DNA of 64,000 nucleotides from Deltaproteobacteria bacterium HGW-Deltaproteobacteria-15 (lineage in GTDB: Bacteria > Desulfobacterota > DSM-4660 > Desulfatiglandales > HGW-15). Each line of letters starts with the position of its first letter. The stretch's first letter is position 1. The translations under genes and the position numbers were made by a program. The notes beneath the pieces were generated by a model. The model worked only from the letters and a program-made list of their open reading frames with translations. It was not told the DNA's origin and ran no database searches. Location: contig PHBH01000006.1 of NCBI GenBank assembly GCA_002840535.1, positions 73,159 through 137,158 on the forward strand, read 5' to 3'. This document shows positions 38,948 to 48,558 of the stretch, piece after piece.

Positions 38948-40338
38948 CTTTTCTTGGGCGCATGTATCGCCAAGCCGCTCCAGTCCCTGGCCGCCTCCAT
39001 GATGTTTTCGCTCAGAGTCGGATGGGGTTTCACCGCTTCGGCCAGGTCCTCGACCGCGGACTCCATGGTCATGGCCATTACCGATTCGCCGATCATGTCC
39101 GTGGCATGCTCCCCCATGATGTGCACCCCGAGGATCTCTCCCGTATCGGAGTCCCCGATCACCTTGACAAATCCCTCGCTGCCGTTCATGGCCTGAGCCG
39201 CGCCGCTGTAGGAATAGGGGAACTTGCCCACCCTGATCGGCCTGCCCGTTTTCCGCGCTTCGGCCTCGGAAAGTCCCACCGCACCGATCTCGGCCACGCC
39301 CCAGATGCACCGCGGAATCCGGGTGGGATCCACCTCTTTTCTCCCGCCCAGGATGTTGGCCACCGCCGCCTCCGCCTCCGCAGAGGCCTTGTGTGCCAGC
39401 ATCATGCCGCCCACGAGATCGCCGATAGCATAGACCCCCTTCACACTCGTTTCAAGCCTCCCGTTCACCTGGACAAAGGGGCCGTTCATCCTGATGCCGA
39501 GCCGATCGGGACGGATCCCCTCCAGCACCGGCGATCTCCCGGCCGCGACAAGGAGGCGATCCGCTTTCAATTGATTGATCTCCCCTGCCGCATTTTCAAA
39601 GACGATCGACACCTGCCTGCCGGCGGTCTTCACCTCCTTGGCCTTTGCCTTCAGATGAATGCCGGTCCCCCGTTTTTCGAGAAGCGTTTTCATGGCGCGC
39701 CTGACTTCCTCGTCTTCTGTCATCAGAATCTCGGGAAGCAGTTCCAGAATAGCGACCTCGCACCCCAGGTTCAGGTAGATGGTCGCCATCTCCACGCCGA
39801 TCACTCCGCCGCCGATGATGACGATCCTCTTCGGAATCTCCTCCGAATCCAATGCCTCATCCGTCGTCTGCACCAGACGCCCGTCCACCTTAATGAAAGG
39901 AAGAAGGGCGGGTCTTGAGCCTGTCGCCAGAATCACGTTCTTCGCCTGGATCTCCTCGATTCTGGAATCTTCGCGGGTCACCTTCAACCTGCCCGGACCG
40001 GTCAATTCTCCGGCCCCCTGGATGACCTCGATTCCATGGCTTTTCATGATGCTTCCGAGACCGGACACCATGGTCTTGACGACACCTCTTTTACGGGCCG
40101 CCATTTTCGCGATATCCATGGAAAGCGATCCGGCGCCCTTCAGGACAGAAGAGTTCCTGGCGCTGTGGAGGAGTTTCGTATCATAGACAAAACATTTGGT
40201 TGGAACGCAGCCGCGGTTCAGACACGTTCCGCCAAGGGCATCTTTCTCGATCAAGAGGGTCTTCAGCCCCTTTCGGGCGGAGCAGATCGCAGCCACATAG
40301 CCGCCGGGTCCCCCTCCGATCACTGCAAGATCGTACAT
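38944..40338 (-). CDS. lpdA: Dihydrolipoyl dehydrogenase (E3)
   Basis: GGGPGGY, GGTCLNRGCVPTK, MLAHKA, HPTLSE motifs. Confidence 0.95.
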   Translation of the reverse strand: MYDLAVIGGGPGGYVAAICSARKGLKTLLIEKDALGGTCLNRGCVPTKCFVYDTKLLHSARNSSVLKGAGSLSMDIAKMAARKRGVVKTMVSGLGSIMKSHGIEVIQGAGELTGPGRLKVTREDSRIEEIQAKNVILATGSRPALLPFIKVDGRLVQTTDEALDSEEIPKRIVIIGGGVIGVEMATIYLNLGCEVAILELLPEILMTEDEEVRRAMKTLLEKRGTGIHLKAKAKEVKTAGRQVSIVFENAAGEINQLKADRLLVAAGRSPVLEGIRPDRLGIRMNGPFVQVNGRLETSVKGVYAIGDLVGGMMLAHKASAEAEAAVANILGGRKEVDPTRIPRCIWGVAEIGAVGLSEAEARKTGRPIRVGKFPYSYSGAAQAMNGSEGFVKVIGDSDTGEILGVHIMGEHATDMIGESVMAMTMESAVEDLAEAVKPHPTLSENIMEAARDWSGLAIHAPKKR

Positions 40339-40350
40339 GATTTCTCCTCA

Positions 40351-40553
40351 AGGTCGCTGAAAAACGGTCATCTGCGGCGTTGCCCTCGTCCCTCGTCGTT
40401 GCGACGTACTAGCCTGTACGCCTCACTCCTCGGGACTTTTCTTCGCTTCGCTCGAACACCCCACCCCTGCGGGTGGGACCCCATTGCCGGGCGCTCCCGC
40501 AAATAGCGGGATTGAAAAAACGCAACTTGCATCTGGCCATTTTTGAGCAACCT
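40351..40553. mobile_element. MITE-like non-coding element with imperfect terminal inverted repeats
   Basis: Left end AGGTCGCTGAAAAACGGTCA vs reverse complement of right end AGGTTGCTCAAAAATGGCCA (16/20); internal hairpins; no transposase. Confidence 0.6.
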
Positions 40554-40569
40554 GCAATGATGACTTCTG

Positions 40570-41919
40570 TCAAAGGGCCAGGAACGTGAATCCCGGCCTC
40601 TCAAGCTTCCACTTCAGGTTCTGAAGGAAGTCGGCCGCCACGGCTCCGTCTATGATCCGGTGATCCACGGAGAGCCCCAGCACGGCAACGCGCTTGGATT
40701 TTACCTGCCCGTCCACGAGCACCAGTTTTTCATCCGTCTTCCCCACCGATAGAATGCCGCTCTGCGGGGGGTTCAGGATGGCGGTGAAATGGGTGATGTC
40801 ATATTGGGCCAGGCTGGAGACCGTGAATGTTCCCCGCTCCATCTCCACGAGGCTGAGCCTCCCCTTGCGGGCGCGTTCGATGAGATCCGCCCTCTGGCGT
40901 GCGATCTCCACCAGACCCGCCCTGTCCGCCTGAGCAATGGCCGGCACCACCAGCCCTTCCGCAACTGCTGCGGCAAGGCCGATGTTGATCTCGGGCATGA
41001 TGTGGATCTCCTCGCCCCTGATCTGAGCGTTCAGCATGGGGAAGTCGACGATGTTCAGGGCAACAGCCTTGATCAGGAAATCATTGATGGAAGGTTTGAT
41101 GCCGAATTGTTTTTCGAAATCCGGAACGACCTCCTTCCTGAAATTGAGAAGGGGATCCATTCCCACCTCGGTGAAGAAGTAGATATGGGGCGCAGTAAAG
41201 GCGCTCTCCGACATCCTTCTGGCAATGACCCTTCGGACAGAGCTCATGGGGATCTTTGTCCCGAAGCCCTCTCTTGGCGCCGCTTTCTCCATTGCCGAGG
41301 CGACATCGGCCTGCATGATCCGCCCGCGAACACCGGTTCCCTCGACCTTTCCCAGGTCCACACCCGCCCTTTCCGCAAGCTTTCGGGCAAGGGTGGAAAC
41401 TTTGAGCGGTGCTTCTCCGGGCTTGGCGGCGCCGGATGCGGCAGCCTCCACATCCCGGAGCAGGATCACCCCGTCCGGACCGGTGCCCTGGACATCGGCA
41501 AGATCGATACCCTTGTCCGCCGCCAGTTTCCGGGCCGCAGGCATGGCAAAGCCGCCTCCTGCAGCAGGAGAAGGGGGCGGAGAAACCGCCGACTCGGGTG
41601 TCGGCTCGGTGATTGCATCGGGGACAGGCTTTGCAGGGGCGGCTGCTTCTCCGGCCGCATATTTGGCGGGGAGTGCTTCGCCCGGGGCGGTAATGACCGC
41701 GGCAAGACTGAGGATGGGAACCTCGATGCCGGCGGGCAGAATGATCTTCGCCAGAATGCCTGATGCGGGGGACTCCACCTCGGTAGTCGCCTTCTCCACC
41801 TCGACGATGAAGATGATCTCCCCCTTCTCGACCCGATCACCTTCCTTCTTCAGCCACTCTACGATTTTTCCTCTCTCGACCGTGACGCCGAGCATGGGCA
41901 CTACGACTTCAACTGCCAC
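40570..41919 (-). CDS. Dihydrolipoamide acyltransferase (E2), AcoC/PdhC type
   Basis: Lipoyl domain EVEKAT, two E3-binding domains (GTG..G.I), DHRIIDG. Confidence 0.93.
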   Translation of the reverse strand: MAVEVVVPMLGVTVERGKIVEWLKKEGDRVEKGEIIFIVEVEKATTEVESPASGILAKIILPAGIEVPILSLAAVITAPGEALPAKYAAGEAAAPAKPVPDAITEPTPESAVSPPPSPAAGGGFAMPAARKLAADKGIDLADVQGTGPDGVILLRDVEAAASGAAKPGEAPLKVSTLARKLAERAGVDLGKVEGTGVRGRIMQADVASAMEKAAPREGFGTKIPMSSVRRVIARRMSESAFTAPHIYFFTEVGMDPLLNFRKEVVPDFEKQFGIKPSINDFLIKAVALNIVDFPMLNAQIRGEEIHIMPEINIGLAAAVAEGLVVPAIAQADRAGLVEIARQRADLIERARKGRLSLVEMERGTFTVSSLAQYDITHFTAILNPPQSGILSVGKTDEKLVLVDGQVKSKRVAVLGLSVDHRIIDGAVAADFLQNLKWKLERPGFTFLAL

Positions 41920-41953
41920 GGATCTCCTCCTCTTTACGTCTGATTGGAATTCT

Positions 41954-42046
41954 CATTCCGCCTTCCGCGCTTTTCAATTTCCATAGGGTGGCCGGTCGGG
42001 GCTTCATTTCTCACTTCCGCCTTCCACCTTCCGATTTCCGCATTTC
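41954..42046. repeat. Heptamer tandem runs (TTCCGCC/TTCCGCA)
   Basis: CATTCCGCCTTCCGCG ... CACTTCCGCCTTCCACCTTCCGATTTCCGCATTT. Confidence 0.7.
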
Positions 42047-42050
42047 TTCT

Positions 42051-43031
42051 CTACGCGTATTCCATCAACCGTCTGACTGCGGGCAGCAGGTTCTTTTCGT
42101 CGGGGATGTAGGCCTTCTCGAGAGGCGGCGAAAACGGCACCGGCGTATCCGGAGAGCAGACCCTGGCGACCGGGGCCTTCAGGTAGAAAAGCCCCTCCTC
42201 GGCAACCATGGCGGCAATTTCGCCCGCCACCCCGCACGTCTTGGGCCCTTCGTCGGCCACGAGCAGCCTTCCCGTCTTCTTCACGGATTCAAGGATTGCT
42301 TCCTTGTCCAGGGGAACGATAGTCCTGGGATCCACCACCTCGATGTCGATGCCCTCTTTTGCCAACTCGTTGGCGACGTTCAGGGCGCGAAGGACCATGG
42401 CATGGGTTGCCACAATGGTGAGATCTTTCCCCTGCCGTTTGACATCGGCCTTGCCAAAAGGGATGCGGTACATCTCCTCAGGAACGTCGCCTTTTTCGAT
42501 GTAAAGCTTCTTGTGCTCGATGAAGGCCACCGGGTTTTCGTTCTTGATGGCTTCGATCAGCAGCCCCTTTGCGTCATGGGGGGTCGAGGGAGTGGCCACC
42601 ACGAGACCGGGCGTGTGCGCGAAAAAGGCGTGAAAGCTCTGGGAGTGCTGCGCGCCGGTTCCCCGCCCTGCACCGATATTGGTTCTGAGCACCATGGGGA
42701 CCTGGCCCCGCCCGCCGAACATGTAGCGCATCTTGGCCATCTGGTTGATGATCATGTCCATGGCGCAGGTGGTGAAATCGATGAACATGATCTCGGCCAC
42801 CGGCCGCATCCCGGTGAGGGCGGCCCCCACGCAGGCGCCCACGAATCCTGCCTCTGAAATGGGCGTGTCGATTATCCGGTTTGGGCCGAATTCACCAAGC
42901 AGGCCGGCCGACACCTGGAAAATGCCTCCATAGACCCCAACGTCTTCGCCGAGCAGAATGACCCGCTCATCTTCCTGCATACACTGCTTCAACGCTTCAT
43001 TGAGCGCCTGGGCATAAGTCAGCTCTCTCAT
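42051..43031 (-). CDS. acoB: TPP-dependent acetoin/2-oxoacid dehydrogenase E1 beta
   Basis: LGEDVG, DTPISE, RPVAEIMF, AQHSQ motifs; acetoin specificity inferred from the neighbouring acoR. Confidence 0.8.
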   Translation of the reverse strand: MRELTYAQALNEALKQCMQEDERVILLGEDVGVYGGIFQVSAGLLGEFGPNRIIDTPISEAGFVGACVGAALTGMRPVAEIMFIDFTTCAMDMIINQMAKMRYMFGGRGQVPMVLRTNIGAGRGTGAQHSQSFHAFFAHTPGLVVATPSTPHDAKGLLIEAIKNENPVAFIEHKKLYIEKGDVPEEMYRIPFGKADVKRQGKDLTIVATHAMVLRALNVANELAKEGIDIEVVDPRTIVPLDKEAILESVKKTGRLLVADEGPKTCGVAGEIAAMVAEEGLFYLKAPVARVCSPDTPVPFSPPLEKAYIPDEKNLLPAVRRLMEYA

Positions 43032-43035
43032 CGTC

Positions 43036-44010
43036 TCACCCCTTTACCAAAACGTCCTCGAACATCTCTTCGATGGAGGGAAATGCGCTTTCGTTCGCAT
43101 AAGCGACTGCCTGTTCGATCTCCTCGGCCAATCTGGCTTCGATGGAAGCCATTTTCTTCTTCGTCAGCGCCTTCTGCTCCAGGAGTTTTCCAGCCAGCCG
43201 GGGGATCGGGTCTTTCTTCTTCCATTCTTCGATCTCCTCGGTGGTGCGGTACCGTCTTCCCTGATTGGGATCGCCTTCGTGATGCCCTCTCCAGCGGTAC
43301 GTCTTGCACTCGATGAGCGTGGGCCCCTCGCCGGCCCGCGCCCTGCTGACAGCCTTGGAGGCCGCCCCGTAAACATCGAGGACATCGTTCCCGTCCACCA
43401 CCACGCCGGGCATGTCATAGCTCGTCGCCCGTATGGCGATGTCCTTGATGGCCTGGTGCTTGGCCTGGGAAACGGAAATGCCATACTTGTTGTTTTCACA
43501 GACGAAGATAACCGGGAGCCGGTGCACGGAGGCAAAATTCAGGCTCTCGTGAAAGGTCCCGTTGTTGGATGATGCGTCCCCGAAGAAGCCGACTGAGACC
43601 TGATCGGTCTTCCTCAGCTTGATTGAAAGGCCGGCCCCCCCGGCAATGGGAATGCCGCCCCCGGCAATGCCGTTGGCCCCGAGGATGCCGATCTTCATGT
43701 CCGCGATGTGCATGGAGCCGCCCTTCCCTTTGCAGTACCCCGTCTTCTTGCCGAACAATTCGGCCATCATGAGCTTGAGGTCAGCCCCCTTTGCAATGAC
43801 GTGCCCATGCCCCCGGTGGGTGCTCGTGATGTAATCGTCCTCCCGCAACACCCCGCAGACGCCGGCGGCGACAGCCTCCTCCCCGAGATAGAGGTGCGCA
43901 AGTCCGGGCACGAGACCTCTGGCATAGAGATCGACGATCCGGTCTTCGAAGAGTCGGATCTTGACCATGGTGTTGTAAAGGTCCAGAAGTTTTTCCTTGC
44001 TGATCTCCAT
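43036..44010 (-). CDS. acoA: TPP-dependent acetoin/2-oxoacid dehydrogenase E1 alpha
   Basis: HLYLGEEA, STHRGHGH, GKGGSMH, GD..ENN, TYRWRGH motifs. Confidence 0.8.
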   Translation of the reverse strand: MEISKEKLLDLYNTMVKIRLFEDRIVDLYARGLVPGLAHLYLGEEAVAAGVCGVLREDDYITSTHRGHGHVIAKGADLKLMMAELFGKKTGYCKGKGGSMHIADMKIGILGANGIAGGGIPIAGGAGLSIKLRKTDQVSVGFFGDASSNNGTFHESLNFASVHRLPVIFVCENNKYGISVSQAKHQAIKDIAIRATSYDMPGVVVDGNDVLDVYGAASKAVSRARAGEGPTLIECKTYRWRGHHEGDPNQGRRYRTTEEIEEWKKKDPIPRLAGKLLEQKALTKKKMASIEARLAEEIEQAVAYANESAFPSIEEMFEDVLVKG

Positions 44011-44123
44011 TGAACTCCTCCCAAGAAATCACGTTATGTTTTCTTCCCGTCCTCGTCCTGTCTCCACTGAAGAAGGAACCGGCCGGTGCAGCGATATCGT
44101 TTGATGCACCAGTTATCCGATCA

Positions 44124-44139
44124 AGCAAGCGATATGCCA
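44124..44139 (-). promoter_or_regulatory. sigma54 (-24/-12) promoter of the aco operon
   Basis: Minus strand TGGCAT-ATCGC-TTGCT, about 115 bp upstream of acoA. Confidence 0.8.
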
Positions 44140-44235
44140 CAAATGAAGCCCTGTCGATGCCGTGGTCAACCTATCGTTATATTTCATATTTACTTGACTC
44201 CGGATATGGAGCCCTCTCTGCTTCACTCCCCGGCT

Positions 44236-44270
44236 TGTTCTAAAATGGGACAGATGTACTGTTTTGCAGC
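44236..44270. promoter_or_regulatory. Putative AcoR upstream activator site
   Basis: TGTTCTAAAATGGGACA about 100 bp upstream of the sigma54 promoter; a similar box TGTCTCACTTTGAACCA lies at 47337. Confidence 0.45.
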
Positions 44271-44302
44271 GGAGCAATACAGTGGCGAGATCACGAAAGG
44301 GA

Positions 44303-44387
44303 AGAGGTCAGAAGTCAGAGATCAGAGGTCAGCAAGGTAGTTGACAAATGTCAAATGACAAGGAACAAATGACCAAGGACAAAGGAC
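44303..44387. repeat. Two adjacent heptamer tandem runs (AGAGGTC; ACAAATG/ACAAAGG)
   Basis: AGAGGTCAGAAGTCAGAGATCAGAGGTCAG ... GACAAATGTCAAATGACAAGGAACAAATGACCAAGGACAAAGGAC. Confidence 0.8.
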
Positions 44388-44390
44388 TGC

Positions 44391-44419
44391 TTGCATCTGT
44401 TCATTTTGTGTTCTATTCT
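44391..44419 (+). promoter_or_regulatory. Possible sigma70 promoter of lipA-acoR
   Basis: TTGCAT-17 nt-TATTCT. Confidence 0.45.
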
Positions 44420-44473
44420 GAATCAGTTTGCATCCCTTTGAGTCAGTTTTTGTAGGTTTTTGGAGAAAATTCC

Positions 44474-45361
44474 GTGGAGGATACGAGTGTGAAACCGAAG
44501 TGGCTCAGGCGGCGGCTGCCACCGCCCGGCCGCAACGCGACAGTGCATGCAGCCATACAAGGCAGGGGACTCCATACGGTCTGCGTCGAGGCGTGCTGTC
44601 CCAATCAGATGGAATGCTTCGGCCGCGGGACCGCGACCTTCCTGCTGCTTGGACCGAGTTGCACCAGAGGCTGCACCTTCTGCGCCGTGGACAAGTCCCC
44701 CACCCGTCCTCCCGACCCTGACGAACCCGCCCGGATTGCCGCTGCGGTGGCCCAGCTCGAGTTGAACTTCTGCGTGCTCACCATGGTCACACGCGACGAT
44801 CTCGCCGATGGAGGAGCGGAACATATCGCGGAAACCGTTTCCGCCATACGAAAGGCCCGCTCAGGCATCGGCCTGGAGCTTCTGATCTCGGATCTCCATG
44901 GAAGCGGCAAAGCTCTCTTCAGGGTCCTGGAAGCGCGTCCGGAGGTGCTTAACCATAACGTGGAAACCGTTCCACGCCTTTACCCGGAGGTACGGCCTCA
45001 AGCCGATTTCAACCGCTCCCTTGAGCTCCTTCAAAGAGCGTCCTCCCACAACCCTCCCATCGTGACGAAATCGGGGATGATGCTGGGGCTCGGAGAAACC
45101 CGCAAGGAACTCATCGAGACCATGCAAGCCGTACGGGACACAGGTTGCCGCCTGCTCACGCTCGGCCAGTATCTGGCGCCTTCGAAACGGCACCATCCTA
45201 TTGTCCGATATGTGCCTCCCGAGGAGTTCTCCGAGTACGAAAAGATCGGTCTTGGCATGGGGTTCTCCGCAGTAGCGAGCGCTCCTTTCGTGAGGAGTTC
45301 TTATGAAGCCGAAAGGCTCTACAGGGAAGCCGCCGCGAGGATTGCCGATGAAACAGATTAG
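44474..45361 (+). CDS. lipA: Lipoyl synthase
   Basis: TVCVEACCPNQMEC, CTRGCTFC, HNVETV, VRSSY motifs. Confidence 0.95.
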   Translation: MEDTSVKPKWLRRRLPPPGRNATVHAAIQGRGLHTVCVEACCPNQMECFGRGTATFLLLGPSCTRGCTFCAVDKSPTRPPDPDEPARIAAAVAQLELNFCVLTMVTRDDLADGGAEHIAETVSAIRKARSGIGLELLISDLHGSGKALFRVLEARPEVLNHNVETVPRLYPEVRPQADFNRSLELLQRASSHNPPIVTKSGMMLGLGETRKELIETMQAVRDTGCRLLTLGQYLAPSKRHHPIVRYVPPEEFSEYEKIGLGMGFSAVASAPFVRSSYEAERLYREAAARIADETD

Positions 45362-47330
45362 CCTGATGAAAAAAGGCGCAACCCATGCGCAGGCAGTCGA
45401 AGACCCGGCAAAGGAAGGATGGGAAAAGGTCGTCCTCCGGGGCGAGCCCTCATCCCCGGACATCAGGCCGGAGGTCGTTCGATCATGGAAAAGATGCCTG
45501 GAGATGGGGCTCGATCCCCTCAGGAACGTAGCTCCGCCCGTGGTTTCAGGAAGCGAGCTGGAGAGGCTCATCAAAGACAACCGCGACCTCATCGAAATTG
45601 CAAGACCCGTGATGGACATGTTCGAGATCTCCGTCCGTGGAACGGGTTTCATCGTCAGTCTCTCCGAACGGACAGGATGTGTCCTCCTCGTCAGCGGGGA
45701 CAGGGAAATTATGGAGATGGCCTGTCAAAACTTTTATCAGCCGGGCTGTATCCGGGATATTGAACACGCCGGCACCAATGCAATCGGCGTCTGCCTGATG
45801 GAAGGAAAGCCCATTCAACTCACCGGGGCGGAGCACTTCAATGTCCATTTTCATCCATGGACCTGTTCCTCAGCCCCTATTCGGGGAGGCAGGGGGGAAA
45901 TTCTGGGGGTGATCACCCTTTCCGGACGATCCACCGGACGGCACAAGCACACGCTTGCCCTTATAACGGCCGCTGCCGAGACAATTGGAAGCCAGCATCG
46001 CGAGCGCGAGTTGACCGAGGAGAAGCTTCGCCTCAGCTCGATGCTCAGCCTGGTCTTCGACTCCATTGCCGACGGGGTCATCGCGGTGGACACCAACCTG
46101 AAGATCACCCACATCAACAGAACGGCTGCGAACATGCTTGGTCTGGAACCGGAGGCCGTTATCGGAAAGGGTCTCGCGGAGGAGATCCAGCCGGAGAACG
46201 CCCTCCTCCGCGCTTTCAAGACCAGGAACTACTTCTCTGACATGGAAATCGGCTTCTCCTGCCCCATGGGGCACAGGAGCTTCATGTGTTCATGCGATCC
46301 CATCAAGGATTCCTCCGGCCACGGGATCGGGGCCATTATCATGCTGGCTGAAAAGCGCCAGGTGATCAGCATTGCAAAGAAGATCGGTGGAAATTATGCC
46401 AAGTACCGTCTCACCGATATCAAGGGAAAGGATCCCGAACTCCTGAGGCAGGTGGAACTGGCGAGGATTGCCGCAAAGACCAACTCCCGCGTGCTCATTA
46501 TCGGGGAAAGCGGCACGGGAAAGGAACTTTTCGCACAGGCTGTCCACAACGAGAGCGGCAGGAGAACCGAGCCTTTTGTGGCCATTTCCTGCGCTGCCAT
46601 TCCAAGGGATCTTATCGAATCCGAGCTTTTCGGATACCGGGGAGGCGCCTTCACAGGCGCGCGAAGAGAAGGGCTTGTGGGCAAGTTCGAACTGGCCAAT
46701 CGAGGCACCCTGTTCCTTGACGAGGTCAACGGACTCCCCCTGGACCTTCAGGCCAAGCTGCTCCGAGTCCTGCAGCAGAACGAGATCCTCCGTCTCGGGG
46801 ACACCCGCACCATTGCGATCGACGTCCGGGTCCTGGCTGCCAGCAACTGCGACCTCATGACTGAAGTGGAAAATGCCAATTTCCGTAAGGACCTCTATTA
46901 TCGTTTGAACGTGGTGGAAATCTATATCCCTCCTTTGCGGCAGAGGAAGGAAGATCTGGAGCTTCTGATCGATCACATCATGAAAAGGCTTTGCCGGGAG
47001 ATGGGTCTTACAAGACCCAGGATTTCGGCGGATGTCCTCGAGAGATTGAAAGACTACCACTGGCCGGGAAATATCAGGGAACTTGAAAACAGCATCGAGC
47101 GCGCCCTCCTGTTGTCTCAGGGCAACACGATCCAGCGGATTCACTTCCCCGAGAGAACCCAGAGTACTCACGTACGGCCCGACTCCGTCTCCTCACTCCA
47201 CAGCACCTTCAAAAAGGCCGTAGAGAGCACCCTCTCCGAATGCGACGGAAATGTCTCCAGGGCAGCGAGACACCTCAGGATCGCCAGGAGCACCCTCTAC
47301 CGAAAGATGAAGGAATTCGGATTGGCCTAA
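45348..47330 (+). CDS. acoR: sigma54-dependent activator (GAF-PAS-AAA+-Fis)
   Basis: [39 protein letters not shown]; start uncertain. Confidence 0.88.
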   Translation: MKQISLMKKGATHAQAVEDPAKEGWEKVVLRGEPSSPDIRPEVVRSWKRCLEMGLDPLRNVAPPVVSGSELERLIKDNRDLIEIARPVMDMFEISVRGTGFIVSLSERTGCVLLVSGDREIMEMACQNFYQPGCIRDIEHAGTNAIGVCLMEGKPIQLTGAEHFNVHFHPWTCSSAPIRGGRGEILGVITLSGRSTGRHKHTLALITAAAETIGSQHRERELTEEKLRLSSMLSLVFDSIADGVIAVDTNLKITHINRTAANMLGLEPEAVIGKGLAEEIQPENALLRAFKTRNYFSDMEIGFSCPMGHRSFMCSCDPIKDSSGHGIGAIIMLAEKRQVISIAKKIGGNYAKYRLTDIKGKDPELLRQVELARIAAKTNSRVLIIGESGTGKELFAQAVHNESGRRTEPFVAISCAAIPRDLIESELFGYRGGAFTGARREGLVGKFELANRGTLFLDEVNGLPLDLQAKLLRVLQQNEILRLGDTRTIAIDVRVLAASNCDLMTEVENANFRKDLYYRLNVVEIYIPPLRQRKEDLELLIDHIMKRLCREMGLTRPRISADVLERLKDYHWPGNIRELENSIERALLLSQGNTIQRIHFPERTQSTHVRPDSVSSLHSTFKKAVESTLSECDGNVSRAARHLRIARSTLYRKMKEFGLA

Positions 47331-47436
47331 ATGCAGTGTCTCACTTTGAACCAGGTGTTTCAGCTCGCTACAAAATTTCTCCGCGCTCCTCCGGACCCAT
47401 GGAATGATTCGGGCCCGATTCCCCAGTTATATAAAG

Positions 47437-47555
47437 CCATCATTGACCTCTCGGCCAGACTCGTTGTACTTAACTATGGTGAGAAAATCGCGGAAGGCGA
47501 ACCCCGCGAAGTTCTCACCCACCGGGCTGTGGTCGAGGCTTATCTTGGTGAATAA
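47437..47555 (+). pseudogene. Orphan 3' tail of a livG-type ABC ATPase gene
   Basis: AIIDLSARLVVLNYGEKIAEGEPREVLTHRAVVEAYLGE* matches a LivG C-terminus; Walker motifs absent. Confidence 0.75.
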
Positions 47556-47556
47556 G

Positions 47557-48030
47557 ATGAAATCCATCGCCCTCGATCCTCTTCGATGCAACGGGTGCCG
47601 GGAATGTGAAACAGCCTGCTCCGTAAGACGCACCGGTCTGAACAACCCTGCCTGGAGCTGCATTCGGGTGATCGGGAAGGAGGGAACGGAAGGGTTCTGG
47701 TTTCCGGTTCTCTGTATGCAGTGCTCTGATCCCCCTTGTCTCAAGGCCTGTCCTGCGGAAGCCCTTTTCAGGGATGAGGGCGACCGGGTCATGATCCGAT
47801 ATGACCGGTGCATCGGCTGCAGAATGTGCCTTGTCGCCTGTCCCTTCGGCGCCATGGGTTTTGATATGGATTTCGGTCGATCCTTTAAATGCGACCTTTG
47901 CGGAGGCAACCCGGAGTGCGTGCGTGTCTGTGAGCCCAAGGCGCTCCATTACCTCGACAAGACCGAGATGGGCCTGGACCGTGCTCTGCATTTTTCCCGC
48001 AGCCTGGTGGAGGCGGAACGGGGCCGCTGA
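47557..48030 (+). CDS. 4Fe-4S dicluster protein (CooF/AorA-like)
   Basis: Start MKSIALDPLRCNGCRECETAC; CMQC..PPC, CIGCRMC, KCDLC motifs. Confidence 0.88.
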   Translation: MKSIALDPLRCNGCRECETACSVRRTGLNNPAWSCIRVIGKEGTEGFWFPVLCMQCSDPPCLKACPAEALFRDEGDRVMIRYDRCIGCRMCLVACPFGAMGFDMDFGRSFKCDLCGGNPECVRVCEPKALHYLDKTEMGLDRALHFSRSLVEAERGR

Positions 48031-48048
48031 CGCAGGGAGTTGAAATAC

Positions 48049-48133
48049 ATTGAACCGCGAAGGCGCAAAGGAAGCAAAGAACAACGCGAAAAAGACAAAT
48101 CGTTCCTTGGCGCACTTGGCGTCCTGGCGGTTT
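48049..48133. repeat. Nonamer-period inverted repeat, family D, copy 1
   Basis: ATTGAACCGCGAAGGCGCAAAGGAAGCAAAG ... CTTGGCGCACTTGGCGTCCTGGCGGTTT. Confidence 0.85.
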
Positions 48134-48153
48134 AAGTCTTAGTTGGAGAGAAT

Positions 48154-48558
48154 ATGGCCAGCTTTCAAGTCAATCAGAAGTGCACCGGGTGCCTCGCCTG
48201 CGTACAGAGCTGCCCTGCCAAGGCGTTGAGCTATGAGGACCAAGACGGTCAGAGATCCCTTCTGCACAACCCCCTCCTCTGTGCGCGGTGCGGTCATTGC
48301 TGGCGCATCTGTCCGGAGGGGGCGATTGAATTTGAGCAATTTTTGCAGGGGAAGTGGGAAAAGGTTATCACGACGGATCTGGTCCGCTGCACCGTTTGCG
48401 GGGAGCCCGTGTATACGGCAAAGGTCAAACAGATCCTGTCGGATCGGCTCAAGGAGGACCTGGAAGCCCTCTGTCCCCGGCACCGCAGCGGCGCCGCCCT
48501 GGCGGCCTGGCATAATGCGCTCAGCACGGGCGAACGGCTTAAGGGGGTGCGGAAGTGA
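48154..48558 (+). CDS. 4Fe-4S binding protein
   Basis: CTGCLACVQSCP, CARCGHCWRICP, CTVCG..LCPRH motifs. Confidence 0.85.
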   Translation: MASFQVNQKCTGCLACVQSCPAKALSYEDQDGQRSLLHNPLLCARCGHCWRICPEGAIEFEQFLQGKWEKVITTDLVRCTVCGEPVYTAKVKQILSDRLKEDLEALCPRHRSGAALAAWHNALSTGERLKGVRK

